64,000 bases of DNA from an uncultured Thermoproteaceae archaeon (GTDB lineage: Archaea > Thermoproteota > Thermoprotei > Thermoproteales > Thermocladiaceae), in assembly GCA_964575955.1 (NCBI GenBank), contig CAZNTG010000006.1:96001-160000 (forward strand), written 5' to 3'. Positions 1-9,537 of the stretch are shown in pieces (position 1 is the stretch's first letter; each line of letters starts with the position of its first letter). A program made the translations under genes and the position numbers. The notes beneath the pieces are model-generated. The model was not told the origin of the DNA and ran no database searches. It saw only the letters and a list, made by a program, of their open reading frames with translations.

Positions 1-393
1 ATCAACATAGCATAATGTAACGATATTGTAGTTAGATATCTTTAATGCATATTCTAGTGCTTTTATAAATTTTTCAAAGTTTATTATTACACAATCTCCA
101 TTAACTATAAGTATTGGTTTTCTAATTATCGTGTTAATACACATACACATGTCAATACAGTAGTCAACTCCTGACATGACTATTATATCTACATACTCAT
201 ATTTTCTCAATAATTCTATTAATCTTCTATGTCTTACAGATGTTAATACTACAATACTCTTGAATATATTTTTAAGTGTTTCAATTAAATATTCTATTAT
301 TGTTTTATCTCCTATCTTTAGTAGATGTTTTTCAGGATTTCTTAATCTACTTCCTGATCCTCCAGCCATTATTACTACAATATTCAATCCCAC
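1..393 (-). CDS. NTP transferase, CobY-like (adenosylcobinamide-phosphate guanylyltransferase); 3' end runs off the window
   Basis: Not in the ORF track. Hand translation from GTG at 393 gives MGLNIVVIMAGGSGSRLRNPEKHLLKIGDKTIIEY...ILIVNGDC, with the MAGGxGxR..EK nucleotidyltransferase motif. The start overlaps the upstream stop codon. Confidence 0.7.
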   Translation of the reverse strand, partial: MGLNIVVIMAGGSGSRLRNPEKHLLKIGDKTIIEYLIETLKNIFKSIVVLTSVRHRRLIELLRKYEYVDIIVMSGVDYCIDMCMCINTIIRKPILIVNGDCVIINFEKFIKALEYALKISNYNIVTLCYVD

Positions 394-1592
394 TTTCTTC
401 TCAATTTTAGAAGATTTCTAGACATATCTTTAGGATATTTTGATAGTATTTTAGCAGCAGTACACATGTATAATGCTGTTTTTAAATCTTCTATAGAATT
501 TCTAGTTTTTACACTAGCCTCAGTTGTTAATATTAGATCAATCTCAAGTTCTACAGCGATTGCTGAGAGAAGAGCATAAACACCATGAGGATCAACATCC
601 ATCAACTCTACAACATTTCCAAAACCCATCAGGATCGGTCTATCTTTAAATAGTTCTCTAATATTTACATATCTACATATTGATTTTGATAAGTTGAATA
701 TTGGAGGCTTAAGTAGAGGATCAATTATAGGTATAGCACCTCTAGATTCTAAATACTTAGAACAATATTCAAAATATGAATGTAGATAATTAATATCATC
801 AGAATCTCTATCAGGAATTACGACAACACCAACATCTTTAATATTAAAATTCAACTTATCTAACATTCCTCTAGTAATACTTAAAATAAGGTCAACACCA
901 GCTCTAACTCCAGCTTCAATTTCCTGTATCGATAAGGAGTCAACACTTATACCAACATTATCAGGAATCTCTCTGGATAACTCTCTAACAACTTCATATA
1001 CTCTAGCTGGATTAGGACTACCAGCAACACATCCAACATCTATAATAGAGGCACCTTCATCAACATATTTTAAAGCAATTTCAACACATGTATTTAGATT
1101 TATTCTAGTTGCATCAACAATCTCAGCAATTATTAGAGGAGGTAAACCATTAACTCTAAATCTAGATCTTCTACCAAACTCAGCTCTATAATATCTAACT
1201 CTATATGAGTTCTCTATAACAAAACTCTCAATGTATTCCTGATACTTAGATATTTTCTCATATAAATTTTTAATATCTCTAGGTATATCATTACAGTACT
1301 TTAAATACATTAATAATGCTGGAATATCACTAACATGTTTTAGATATATTACAGGTACATTATCTACTTTTATACTAAATCCATATGGAACTATCACTAG
1401 GTCAAACCTATCTTTAGAAATTTCTTTTCTAACAATATCTTCAATATACTTATCTGATAGAAATGATATTAATCCACCAGTCATGTTTAGATATTTCAAC
1501 TCTACATCACTTGGAAATATCTCTGGAAAAATATTTCTCAATTTCTCAAGAACTTCAATTCCAAACCTACCTGTAACTACTAGAATCTTCAT
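384..1592 (-). CDS. Dihydropteroate synthase-related protein (methanopterin-biosynthesis-associated family)
   Basis: N-terminal KILVVTGR; pterin-binding barrel motifs IIAEIVDA, GASIIDVG, ISVDS, IIDPLL, GFGNVVELMDVD, LTTEASVKTR. Confidence 0.8.
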   Translation of the reverse strand: MKILVVTGRFGIEVLEKLRNIFPEIFPSDVELKYLNMTGGLISFLSDKYIEDIVRKEISKDRFDLVIVPYGFSIKVDNVPVIYLKHVSDIPALLMYLKYCNDIPRDIKNLYEKISKYQEYIESFVIENSYRVRYYRAEFGRRSRFRVNGLPPLIIAEIVDATRINLNTCVEIALKYVDEGASIIDVGCVAGSPNPARVYEVVRELSREIPDNVGISVDSLSIQEIEAGVRAGVDLILSITRGMLDKLNFNIKDVGVVVIPDRDSDDINYLHSYFEYCSKYLESRGAIPIIDPLLKPPIFNLSKSICRYVNIRELFKDRPILMGFGNVVELMDVDPHGVYALLSAIAVELEIDLILTTEASVKTRNSIEDLKTALYMCTAAKILSKYPKDMSRNLLKLRRKWD

Positions 1593-2521
1593 ATGAAGTA
1601 TGTTATAATTTTCTCAATCAATCTTCTTCCAAAAATCTTAACATTACCATAACCATAGACAGTAACTTGTGATACTGAAAACATCTCTATTGGAGCTTTA
1701 AGTAGAAATTCAGAGCCATAAGTTTTTACAAGTTCTATAAACGGTTTAGCATCTTCACTTGTTACACATCTGCTTAAAATATTTTCAACATCTTCTACAG
1801 TATCTTCATTTAGTAGTATTGATACAGTACCTGTATATCTAATTGAGTCATTACATGCAGCTATATTTGTAATATAGTCTTCTCTGACTGGTGGAATAAT
1901 ACAGGTCCCAATACCTGAATTTACTACGTCTAGATTTACATTATCTAAAATTCTCATTAATAAAACTTCAATAACTCTAGAACATATTTGCACCATCCCA
2001 GACATAGATTTTGATGATGTTAATATTATGTATATCTTATCATTCTGTATATTTGACATAATTTTATCTATAACATCTCTAGAAGGTTCTGATGGTGGTA
2101 TACACTCTACTATGTATATAGGCTTCCATTCAAAATCTTTAACATAACTTTCTAACTTCTCAAAGAATTTTCTAGGTTTTCTCAAAAGTACTTTTCCAGG
2201 TCCTGATATGTAGCATGTAGATTCACCACACTTTAAAGCCCATGTTGCTGATTGTGAACATAGACATGCTGTTACTGGATTGTCTGTAGTTATGTTGATC
2301 TGTAACATTGGTATGTTTTTCTCATGTATAATCTCTATATTAACTTCTGAGAGATTGTTCATAGATATTTCAGATATAATCTTACCAACTTCCAATCCTG
2401 TTTTTGTTACAATTCCTGTATCGATTATATATGCTCTATCTATCTTCTTTACATGTATTCTCAATCTATCTGACTCAGCTATAAGTTTTTCAACTAAATC
2501 TACTACATCTCCACATTTCAT
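1589..2521 (-). CDS. mch: Methenyltetrahydromethanopterin cyclohydrolase (divergent)
   Basis: IIDTG..GLEVG, TTDNPVTACLCSQ..W, SGPG, VQICSRVIE (catalytic R..E), NDSIRYTGTV, KPF; 310 aa. Confidence 0.8.
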   Translation of the reverse strand: MKCGDVVDLVEKLIAESDRLRIHVKKIDRAYIIDTGIVTKTGLEVGKIISEISMNNLSEVNIEIIHEKNIPMLQINITTDNPVTACLCSQSATWALKCGESTCYISGPGKVLLRKPRKFFEKLESYVKDFEWKPIYIVECIPPSEPSRDVIDKIMSNIQNDKIYIILTSSKSMSGMVQICSRVIEVLLMRILDNVNLDVVNSGIGTCIIPPVREDYITNIAACNDSIRYTGTVSILLNEDTVEDVENILSRCVTSEDAKPFIELVKTYGSEFLLKAPIEMFSVSQVTVYGYGNVKIFGRRLIEKIITYFI

Positions 2522-3372
2522 TCTATCGGTTCTAATAATTTTTCTAGAGGTTTTATAATGTGTATGTTATGTTCATAATTTATTATCAATCTTCCTCTAC
2601 TTTCCATCAATACATCACCTATGAATATTGCAAACCTACCTTCAATCTTCCTACCTTTAAACTTTATTCCGCTAACTATCGAGTCTATGTAGAAGCTTGG
2701 TAATATTTCTTCAACTTTGCCTAAAATTATTATTCTACCACCAGACATTCTAGCTCCAGGGTATATGCCTGCATTTCCCATTATCAGGATATTTCCACCC
2801 TTCATACCATATCCAGCGAAGTCGTTTACATTACCTTCAATTATTATATCACCACTCTTCATACCATGACCTATGAATGATTCTGCATTTCCATGTATAA
2901 TTATTGTTCCACCTCTCATACCATGACCATACATCATCCCTATCAACTTACCTCCAACAAATGAGCCAGCATTACCGTAGACCTCTATCTTTCCATTCTT
3001 CATTAGTGAGCCTAGATAGTGATCTGCATCTCCATAGATTACTAATTCACCACCACGCATTCTATATCCTGCTAATGGGCCAACACTACCTCTAACTTCG
3101 ATTTTTCCAATACTCATTCTATATCCAACATATCTTAATCTTCTAGTTCCATCTCCTTCAAATATTATATCAATACCTTCTTTATCTTCCTCGATCCAAT
3201 ATTCAATATCAAATAATTCTTCAACTCCTGATTTTCTATTTCCAATCCATATCTGCAATTCTCTCAATACTTCTTTAATATCTCTATTGATAAATTTGTC
3301 TGGAATTATTTGTCTTACTTCAACAGGAACTTTAGGATCTTCTTTAAATTTAAATTTTATTACAATCTTCAT
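2518..3372 (-). CDS. fwdC: Formylmethanofuran dehydrogenase subunit C
   Basis: N-terminal VPVEV..IIPD, WIGNR..ELFDI, followed by repeated GxxMxGGxIxIxGNA beta-helix motifs. Confidence 0.9.
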   Translation of the reverse strand: MKIVIKFKFKEDPKVPVEVRQIIPDKFINRDIKEVLRELQIWIGNRKSGVEELFDIEYWIEEDKEGIDIIFEGDGTRRLRYVGYRMSIGKIEVRGSVGPLAGYRMRGGELVIYGDADHYLGSLMKNGKIEVYGNAGSFVGGKLIGMMYGHGMRGGTIIIHGNAESFIGHGMKSGDIIIEGNVNDFAGYGMKGGNILIMGNAGIYPGARMSGGRIIILGKVEEILPSFYIDSIVSGIKFKGRKIEGRFAIFIGDVLMESRGRLIINYEHNIHIIKPLEKLLEPIE

Positions 3373-4559
3373 TTTTCAAAAAATGTTGATATTCTTCTAA
3401 TAGCTTCTTCAATTCTTTCAGGACTCTCTTTTGCGAAACACATCCTTACATGATATCTACCTGCTGAACCAAATGCAGAACCGGGAACTACTGCTACATG
3501 TACTTCTTCTAGTAGTCTATTTACAAATACTTCATCATCAATGTTTATCTTTTTCATATAGTTTGATAGATCTACAAACATGAATAATCCAGCTCTAGCT
3601 TTTACAGTCTTAGCTTCAGGTAGATATTTTAATATTGCTTGATACATTCTATCTCTTCTCTCTCTATATATTGGAATCACTTCCTGTAAATATTTAGATT
3701 TGTATTTTGTTACAAATAGTTTTGCTGCATATTGTGCTGGTGTTGGTGGATTTAGATTTACATACTGTATAACTCTTCCTAACTCTTTAACTATACTTTC
3801 ATGAGCAACTACATATCCAAGTCTCCACCCTGGAAGTGCAGCACCTTTAGACATTGTGTTTAGTGCAATTACATTTTCAAGATCTCTTCTAACTATGTAA
3901 TTATGCTCACCCTCGTAGTATAGTTCTCTATATGCTTCATCGTAGATTATGTAGAATTTATAATCTATAGCAAGATCTAGAATAGTCTTCACAAGTTCTT
4001 CACTAGCTACCCTACCTGTTGGATTATCAGGATTTACAAATATTAACATCTTAGTTTTTCTTGAAACTGCATTTTTAACATCTTCAATATCTGGTTCATA
4101 GTTATTATTAACAGATACAGGAATATCAACAACTTTAGCTCCAAAATACTCGGCTAATGGTCTATATAGCAGATATTCTGGATTAAATATTACAACTTCA
4201 TCACCTTCATCTATAAGTAGCATATATATTGCAAGTATTGCCTCACTAGAACCTGTTGTAAGTATTATATTTTCAATACCAATACTAGACTTACTATCTC
4301 TAGAGTAGTCCTCAGCTATTGCCTGTCTAACATCCTCAAGACCCATAGATGGTGTATATCTACTAAAGTTGAATGAGTCTCTCAACATCAAATCCTTCAA
4401 CTCCTCTAACAGCTCTCTACTTGGAGGAAGACCAGGTTGACCAATATGTAGTTCATACACATCTATACCAGTCTTCTTCAATTTAGCAACTTCAGATACT
4501 AGAAGTCTAATTTTAGAGCCAGGAAGTATATTCGCTTTTCGTGATAATGTTAATGGCAC
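3369..4559 (-). CDS. Class I/II PLP-dependent aminotransferase
   Basis: HIGQP, TTGSSEA, NPDNPTG, YDEAY, SKGAALPGWRLGY, VPGSAFG. Confidence 0.92.
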   Translation of the reverse strand: MPLTLSRKANILPGSKIRLLVSEVAKLKKTGIDVYELHIGQPGLPPSRELLEELKDLMLRDSFNFSRYTPSMGLEDVRQAIAEDYSRDSKSSIGIENIILTTGSSEAILAIYMLLIDEGDEVVIFNPEYLLYRPLAEYFGAKVVDIPVSVNNNYEPDIEDVKNAVSRKTKMLIFVNPDNPTGRVASEELVKTILDLAIDYKFYIIYDEAYRELYYEGEHNYIVRRDLENVIALNTMSKGAALPGWRLGYVVAHESIVKELGRVIQYVNLNPPTPAQYAAKLFVTKYKSKYLQEVIPIYRERRDRMYQAILKYLPEAKTVKARAGLFMFVDLSNYMKKINIDDEVFVNRLLEEVHVAVVPGSAFGSAGRYHVRMCFAKESPERIEEAIRRISTFFEK

Positions 4560-4616
4560 ATATCTACATTTCTTAAAGAATTCATAAATATTCTCACCTA
4601 CATCTTGAATTAGGTT

Positions 4617-5153
4617 ATGAAGGTAGAAATAGATAATTATACTATAATCATCAAACCATTACTCATATATGCAGATAAGCTAGATAGAGTATGTATTGAA
4701 AATATATTAAAAAATATTAGAACAAAATATACACACATATTCATAAATCCACATAGAGTATTAGATCATAGACAAGTAATCTATAGCATAGTTCAAAGTA
4801 TTAAGAATAGAAGTATAGGTATTGAAATTGCAAGAAAGATAGAGCTAGACATACTTGGATATATATGTTGTACAGATCAAATTAAGAATATAGTTGAAAA
4901 ATGTATAGAAGATTATAATGGAAAACTACTACTAATATCATACTGCATGAATTGCAATGAAGAGGATCTATTAAGAGAACAATACAATATTCTAGACAAC
5001 ATATCTAAACTATGTGACACATCTATAGTAGACTTAGCTATATGTTTCTCATGTTATAAAATTGTGAAATTATCTGAATATTGTAATGATGTTAGTGATG
5101 TTATGGATTTTATGGAGAAGATTGTTGAGATGTTGTTAAGAAGAGTTGAATAG
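4617..5153 (+). CDS. KEOPS complex subunit Cgi121-like
   Basis: ARKIELDILGYICCTDQIKNI matches the Cgi121 ArxxxxEilxy..gtxQI.xA pattern. Confidence 0.55.
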   Translation: MKVEIDNYTIIIKPLLIYADKLDRVCIENILKNIRTKYTHIFINPHRVLDHRQVIYSIVQSIKNRSIGIEIARKIELDILGYICCTDQIKNIVEKCIEDYNGKLLLISYCMNCNEEDLLREQYNILDNISKLCDTSIVDLAICFSCYKIVKLSEYCNDVSDVMDFMEKIVEMLLRRVE

Positions 5154-5156
5154 TTT

Positions 5157-5720
5157 TTATGATAGTGATATTTTAAGTAGTGAGAATATGTCATCTTCTT
5201 TAATTACTGAGATACCTGTCTTTGAAGGAAACATGTCTATTAGAAGTATCTTATCTGGATTATCTAACTTAACTTTACGTTTTATTTGACGTGCTATGTA
5301 ATCTATAATCTCCATTCTATGATATTGAACACCTCTCTTTCTAACTTCAATACGATATGTTTCATCTTCTCTAATTTTCTCATGTGCAAGTTCTACAGCT
5401 TTCTCTTTAATTTTTTCAAGATCTGTAATAACAACTTCCTGAATTGGGACAACTTTCAGTATAAATCTTGGAACATACTGTTGAGATATTACCAAATCTT
5501 TCAATCTCTTACAAAACTCTACAGGATCGTACTCAACTTTAGCAGTTATTAAACCATCAAAACCTGTAAACCAAGTATCTGAAAGCTCTACACCTAACAG
5601 ATCACATACATATCTCAATTCTTGAATACATAAACCTTCTCTTCTCCTTCCTGTAGAGATTACTAGATTAAACATTGCTGTAAAAGCAGTAGAAGGATTT
5701 ATATACTTAAACACGTGCAA
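5157..5720 (-). CDS. THUMP domain-containing RNA-binding protein
   Basis: FNLVIST..RRE, ILKVVPI, ETYRIEVRKRG, KVKLDNPDKILLI. Confidence 0.88.
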   Translation of the reverse strand: MHVFKYINPSTAFTAMFNLVISTGRRREGLCIQELRYVCDLLGVELSDTWFTGFDGLITAKVEYDPVEFCKRLKDLVISQQYVPRFILKVVPIQEVVITDLEKIKEKAVELAHEKIREDETYRIEVRKRGVQYHRMEIIDYIARQIKRKVKLDNPDKILLIDMFPSKTGISVIKEDDIFSLLKISLS

Positions 5721-5865
5721 GAAATACTAAAATAGTGAATATATCTCAAATATGTACGTTAGGTACAGTAGATTTAGCCTGTATAGTCCAGATGTATCTA
5801 GTAATCCGAAACTTTCACAAATATATTTGGTAATGCTTTAAATCCTAGCAAATTCTTTCGTAATA

Positions 5866-5970
5866 ATGCCTATCCTCTCAGAAGTATATCTAATGGAAGA
5901 GGAGATATGGGAAGAGGAAGAAGAGGAGGAGTGGGAAGAGTTTGAAGAAGAGTGGGAAGAAGAGTTCTAA
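5866..5970 (+). CDS. Putative highly acidic micro-protein (34 aa, or 25 aa from ATG 5893)
   Basis: Hand translation MPILSEVYLMEEEIWEEEEEEEWEEFEEEWEEEF*; TTTAAA TATA-like box at 5837-5842; mixed GAA/GAG codons. Confidence 0.55.
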   Translation: MPILSEVYLMEEEIWEEEEEEEWEEFEEEWEEEF

Positions 5971-6003
5971 ATAGGTGAATAATCTAATAAAAAGTCAATT
6001 TTT

Positions 6004-6867
6004 CTATTCATATAGAAATCTAACTATGACTACAGGATGGTGAGGAAAAATCTTCATAACTTGACACCACTTAACTAGTGTGTAATCTATAGCACCAACA
6101 TATCTAGCAGTCTCAAGAACAGTCCTTACAGGACTTTTCAAGTATTTAGAAATTCTCCTAGCTATATAAAATATTCTGTAAGGTATTAGAGATCTATGAC
6201 CTCTAAAATATGTAATTGTTGGGCATTTTATAAAAAGTTTATAACTTTTAAAACATTTAGCTAATACATATGTCAATACTCCAAGATTAATACATCCAGG
6301 AACGTGTACAGGTCTTGAGACAAGTACAATATTAAACTTCTTGATAATTATAGATAAATCACTATCAACAACACATATAGATAATAGTCTACATCTATGA
6401 TAAATCTCATCAATAATCTTCTTAATAATAGCGTAGCTGTCTCTAGATGGATAGGTTACGTAGAAGTATGGTAGTAGAGATGTATCAACACCACATGTAG
6501 ATACGGGTTTTAATATTGATAATAAGTTTTTACTAATTGAAGAACATAGATGTAGATGTCTTGCTAAGTCTATATCTCTAACATTACATAGAGATTCGTA
6601 GATATATTCTCTAAATAATCTTCTAAATAATCTACACCATACATATTTAAATATCTTCACATTTAATAGATCTATCTTAGATATCTTAATTAGAGATTCA
6701 TCATATATGAAACCTAGTGATGTTAATAGAGCTTTCTCAGATATGAATATTATCGTGTTTTTATGTTCAAATTTTTTAGCTATTCTTAATAACTTTTTAA
6801 CAATTCTATATCTATCTCTTGTAGGTATCCAATATCTACTTCTAATTCTAAATATCTTCACCTTCAT
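6004..6867 (-). CDS. F420-0:gamma-glutamyl ligase-like protein (divergent CofE-like family)
   Basis: YWIP, IFISEKAL, LKPVS.CGVDTSLLPY.YV.YP, VVDSD, H.PVVIVR; last gene of the cofD-cofG operon. Confidence 0.65.
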   Translation of the reverse strand: MKVKIFRIRSRYWIPTRDRYRIVKKLLRIAKKFEHKNTIIFISEKALLTSLGFIYDESLIKISKIDLLNVKIFKYVWCRLFRRLFREYIYESLCNVRDIDLARHLHLCSSISKNLLSILKPVSTCGVDTSLLPYFYVTYPSRDSYAIIKKIIDEIYHRCRLLSICVVDSDLSIIIKKFNIVLVSRPVHVPGCINLGVLTYVLAKCFKSYKLFIKCPTITYFRGHRSLIPYRIFYIARRISKYLKSPVRTVLETARYVGAIDYTLVKWCQVMKIFPHHPVVIVRFLYE

Positions 6868-8035
6868 ACTTACGATCTACAAGACCATCTTCATCAACTA
6901 TGTTTAGAACTCTCTCACGTATTATATCTGAAAGCCATACTTTAGCATTTTTAATATATTTAGGATATATTGGTAATCTCTCTCTTAACATATATCCAAA
7001 ACTCTCAGTAACTTTTCTAATTTCACATATCTTCGGCCATCTATAGTCAATATTTATGTAGTCTGGAGTTATTGGAGATATTCCACCCCAATCATTAATA
7101 CCTGCTAGTATTAGAAGTCCAAAGCTTTCTGGATATAGATTTGGTGGTGATTGTATTGATGTTAAGTTTCTTACATATATCCTATATATCGATATTATTT
7201 TCATTATTTCATATATTGTAGGTCTTCTACAACATGTACATAGTCTCTCTGAAATACTACCTGGAGTGTATGGTTGTATTATTATTTCTTGAATATTATC
7301 AAAGTTTTCAAGAAGTTTTTTAGTCACTATTAATGTTCTAGCTCTATCTATAGAATCTTCACAAATACCTACCAATATTCCTGTTGTAGTTGCAATTCTC
7401 AGTCTATAGCAGTTGTATATAAATCTAAGCCTAATATGTGGCATTTTTGTACTTGATTCATAATGTGGCATACCTCTTCTATTCAATCTATATGATATAC
7501 ATTCAAGCATGAGACCTACACTTGCGACATATGGTTTTAAAAGTTTCAATTCTTCAAAACTTAGATAACCTATATTCAAGTGTGGAATAGCAAATTCAGT
7601 ATTTTTCAAAACCTTATCTAGAAATGTTATTACATACTCAATATAGTTTTTAAATCCCCACATCTTCAATCTATCTCTAACTTTTTCATATCTATCAGGT
7701 CTCTCTCCTGTACATACTAGAATTTCTTTAATTTTAAACTTCTTCTCCCACTTCTTAACTTTATGTACAATATCTTCAATATTCATAATATATGCTTCAG
7801 AACTTTCAGGATCTCTTCTAAAGTTACAATAGTAGCACTTGTTTGAACATATGTTTGTTAATGGTATGAAGACTTTTCTAGAGTATGTTATTATTTTTCC
7901 AAAATATCTATCTCTAATTTCACATGCTTTAGATATTAGTTGTAGAATATCTATGTAGTTACTATCTTCGAAAAGTTTAGCTATTTCAGACAACCCCGTA
8001 ATCTTCATCTCTTCAGTGCCCGTAGTTTTCATCAT
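6848..8035 (-). CDS. cofG: FO synthase subunit 1 (radical SAM)
   Basis: ITYSRKVFIPLTNICSNKCYYCNF, PHLNIG, ASVGLMLE, TTTGILVG, IQSPPNL, AGINDWGGISPITPDYIN, LRERLPIYP. Confidence 0.93.
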   Translation of the reverse strand: MMKTTGTEEMKITGLSEIAKLFEDSNYIDILQLISKACEIRDRYFGKIITYSRKVFIPLTNICSNKCYYCNFRRDPESSEAYIMNIEDIVHKVKKWEKKFKIKEILVCTGERPDRYEKVRDRLKMWGFKNYIEYVITFLDKVLKNTEFAIPHLNIGYLSFEELKLLKPYVASVGLMLECISYRLNRRGMPHYESSTKMPHIRLRFIYNCYRLRIATTTGILVGICEDSIDRARTLIVTKKLLENFDNIQEIIIQPYTPGSISERLCTCCRRPTIYEIMKIISIYRIYVRNLTSIQSPPNLYPESFGLLILAGINDWGGISPITPDYINIDYRWPKICEIRKVTESFGYMLRERLPIYPKYIKNAKVWLSDIIRERVLNIVDEDGLVDRKYEGEDI

Positions 8036-8961
8036 ATTTCATTTAGTATCTTCTCTGCTAGTCTTATACAGTCTTTCTTATCTTTCATAACTATATTATC
8101 AATAATGACGTTAATCTTTCTTTCATATGCATACTCTATAACATCTTTATCAGAGAAATCACAGACTATGTGTGTTATATTAAATTTTGAGTATAGTTCT
8201 AAAATACCTTTTGAAGATCCTTCATATCCTATAGCTTCCATGAGCTTGTCTGTTACTCCACTTATAGGTCTGTTACCAATCATTGGTAACACACATATCT
8301 TAGGCTTATTCAACTTCCTGATAATGTCACCTATAGGATTTGTATAGAGTATTGGTAGTATACTTACAGGTGGGCTACTTGGACCTATTATAACTATGTC
8401 AGATTTTTCTAAAAACTTTATAGCTTTAATACATGCATATGCATTTTCAATACCTTCAAATCTTATTGATATTGGTTTTAGACTTTTACAATATTTAACT
8501 ACAAACTCTTGAATATTTAATTCTCCAATTTCTGTAAGTATCATTGTTCTAACTCTACAATCTGTCATTGGTGATATGTTTGTAGGTATTCCCAATCTTG
8601 TACATACGTAATCACATATATTTGAAAGTTTATAACCTTTCTTAAGTAGGTATGTCCTAAGTATGTGCATTGCTAGATCTCTATCACCAATATTAAACCA
8701 AGTATCTTCAAGACCAAGTATCTTTGCCTGATTTAGAAAGTTGAATGTGTCTTCACGTATACCCCACATCTTGTCTAAGTCAAGCATTCCTGATAGTGCA
8801 TATATTACTGTGTCTAAGTCTGGAGATATGTAGAGACCATTCCACTCAAAATCATCTCCAGTATTCACAATTATGTATACATTATTGATACCCAACACCT
8901 CTACTAATCCAAGTAGAAGCTTTACGCCTCCTGTACCTCCTGTTAATAATGTCACTTTCAT
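8032..8961 (-). CDS. cofD: 2-phospho-L-lactate transferase
   Basis: LTGGTGG.KL, VNTGDD...GLYISPDLDTV.Y.L, WGI..DTF, WFNIGDRDLA.H, IGPS. Confidence 0.93.
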   Translation of the reverse strand: MKVTLLTGGTGGVKLLLGLVEVLGINNVYIIVNTGDDFEWNGLYISPDLDTVIYALSGMLDLDKMWGIREDTFNFLNQAKILGLEDTWFNIGDRDLAMHILRTYLLKKGYKLSNICDYVCTRLGIPTNISPMTDCRVRTMILTEIGELNIQEFVVKYCKSLKPISIRFEGIENAYACIKAIKFLEKSDIVIIGPSSPPVSILPILYTNPIGDIIRKLNKPKICVLPMIGNRPISGVTDKLMEAIGYEGSSKGILELYSKFNITHIVCDFSDKDVIEYAYERKINVIIDNIVMKDKKDCIRLAEKILNEI

Positions 8962-9019
8962 ATCTTCTCAAAATAATGTTTGGAATATTGTTAAATATGT
9001 GAAAATAGTTGACTAGTGT

Positions 9020-9466
9020 ATGAGTAGTGAATACACAACACTATACGAGAGAGAAGTTGAGACAGAGATTCAGGTTAGTAAGAAGGTTAGTGATGAAGCA
9101 AGAATAAAGAGACTTGAAAGATGGCCTAGAGAAGCTGGACTTTCAATAACACTTGATGAGTCAGGTGGAAACTTTATGCAACTTATGAAGATAACAGCAT
9201 CTGAGTATGGTCTTGAGCTTGGCGATAAGAAGTGGGATTTTAAGAAGGAGAATGATAAGATACTTGCAGTACTAAGATGGCCATTAGTGAAGGAGGGGAA
9301 TGAGGTTGGTATAGGTGAGGCTATCTTTGAAATATTTTTAACACCAAAATCAGAGACTGATAATAATGTTGTATATGGTGTTAAGGTTAAGTATAGATTA
9401 TCAATACGTAATGATATACTTTCTGAAAAATCTACCGAGGGTATTGTCGACTTGTCAGGACTTTAA
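9020..9466 (+). CDS. Hypothetical protein
   Basis: Compact ORF with typical codon usage, divergent from cofD; no motif recognised. Confidence 0.7.
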   Translation: MSSEYTTLYEREVETEIQVSKKVSDEARIKRLERWPREAGLSITLDESGGNFMQLMKITASEYGLELGDKKWDFKKENDKILAVLRWPLVKEGNEVGIGEAIFEIFLTPKSETDNNVVYGVKVKYRLSIRNDILSEKSTEGIVDLSGL

Positions 9467-9537
9467 TACCCAAACTAATTTCTTTAAAAATCTTAACACT
9501 GTTTCGATTTTGGAACAAGTGTAACACTATTATATTA

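Noticed and set aside
2700-3130. Periodic sequence in fwdC
   Set aside because: These are the expected GxxMxGG beta-helix repeats of FwdC, not a separate element.
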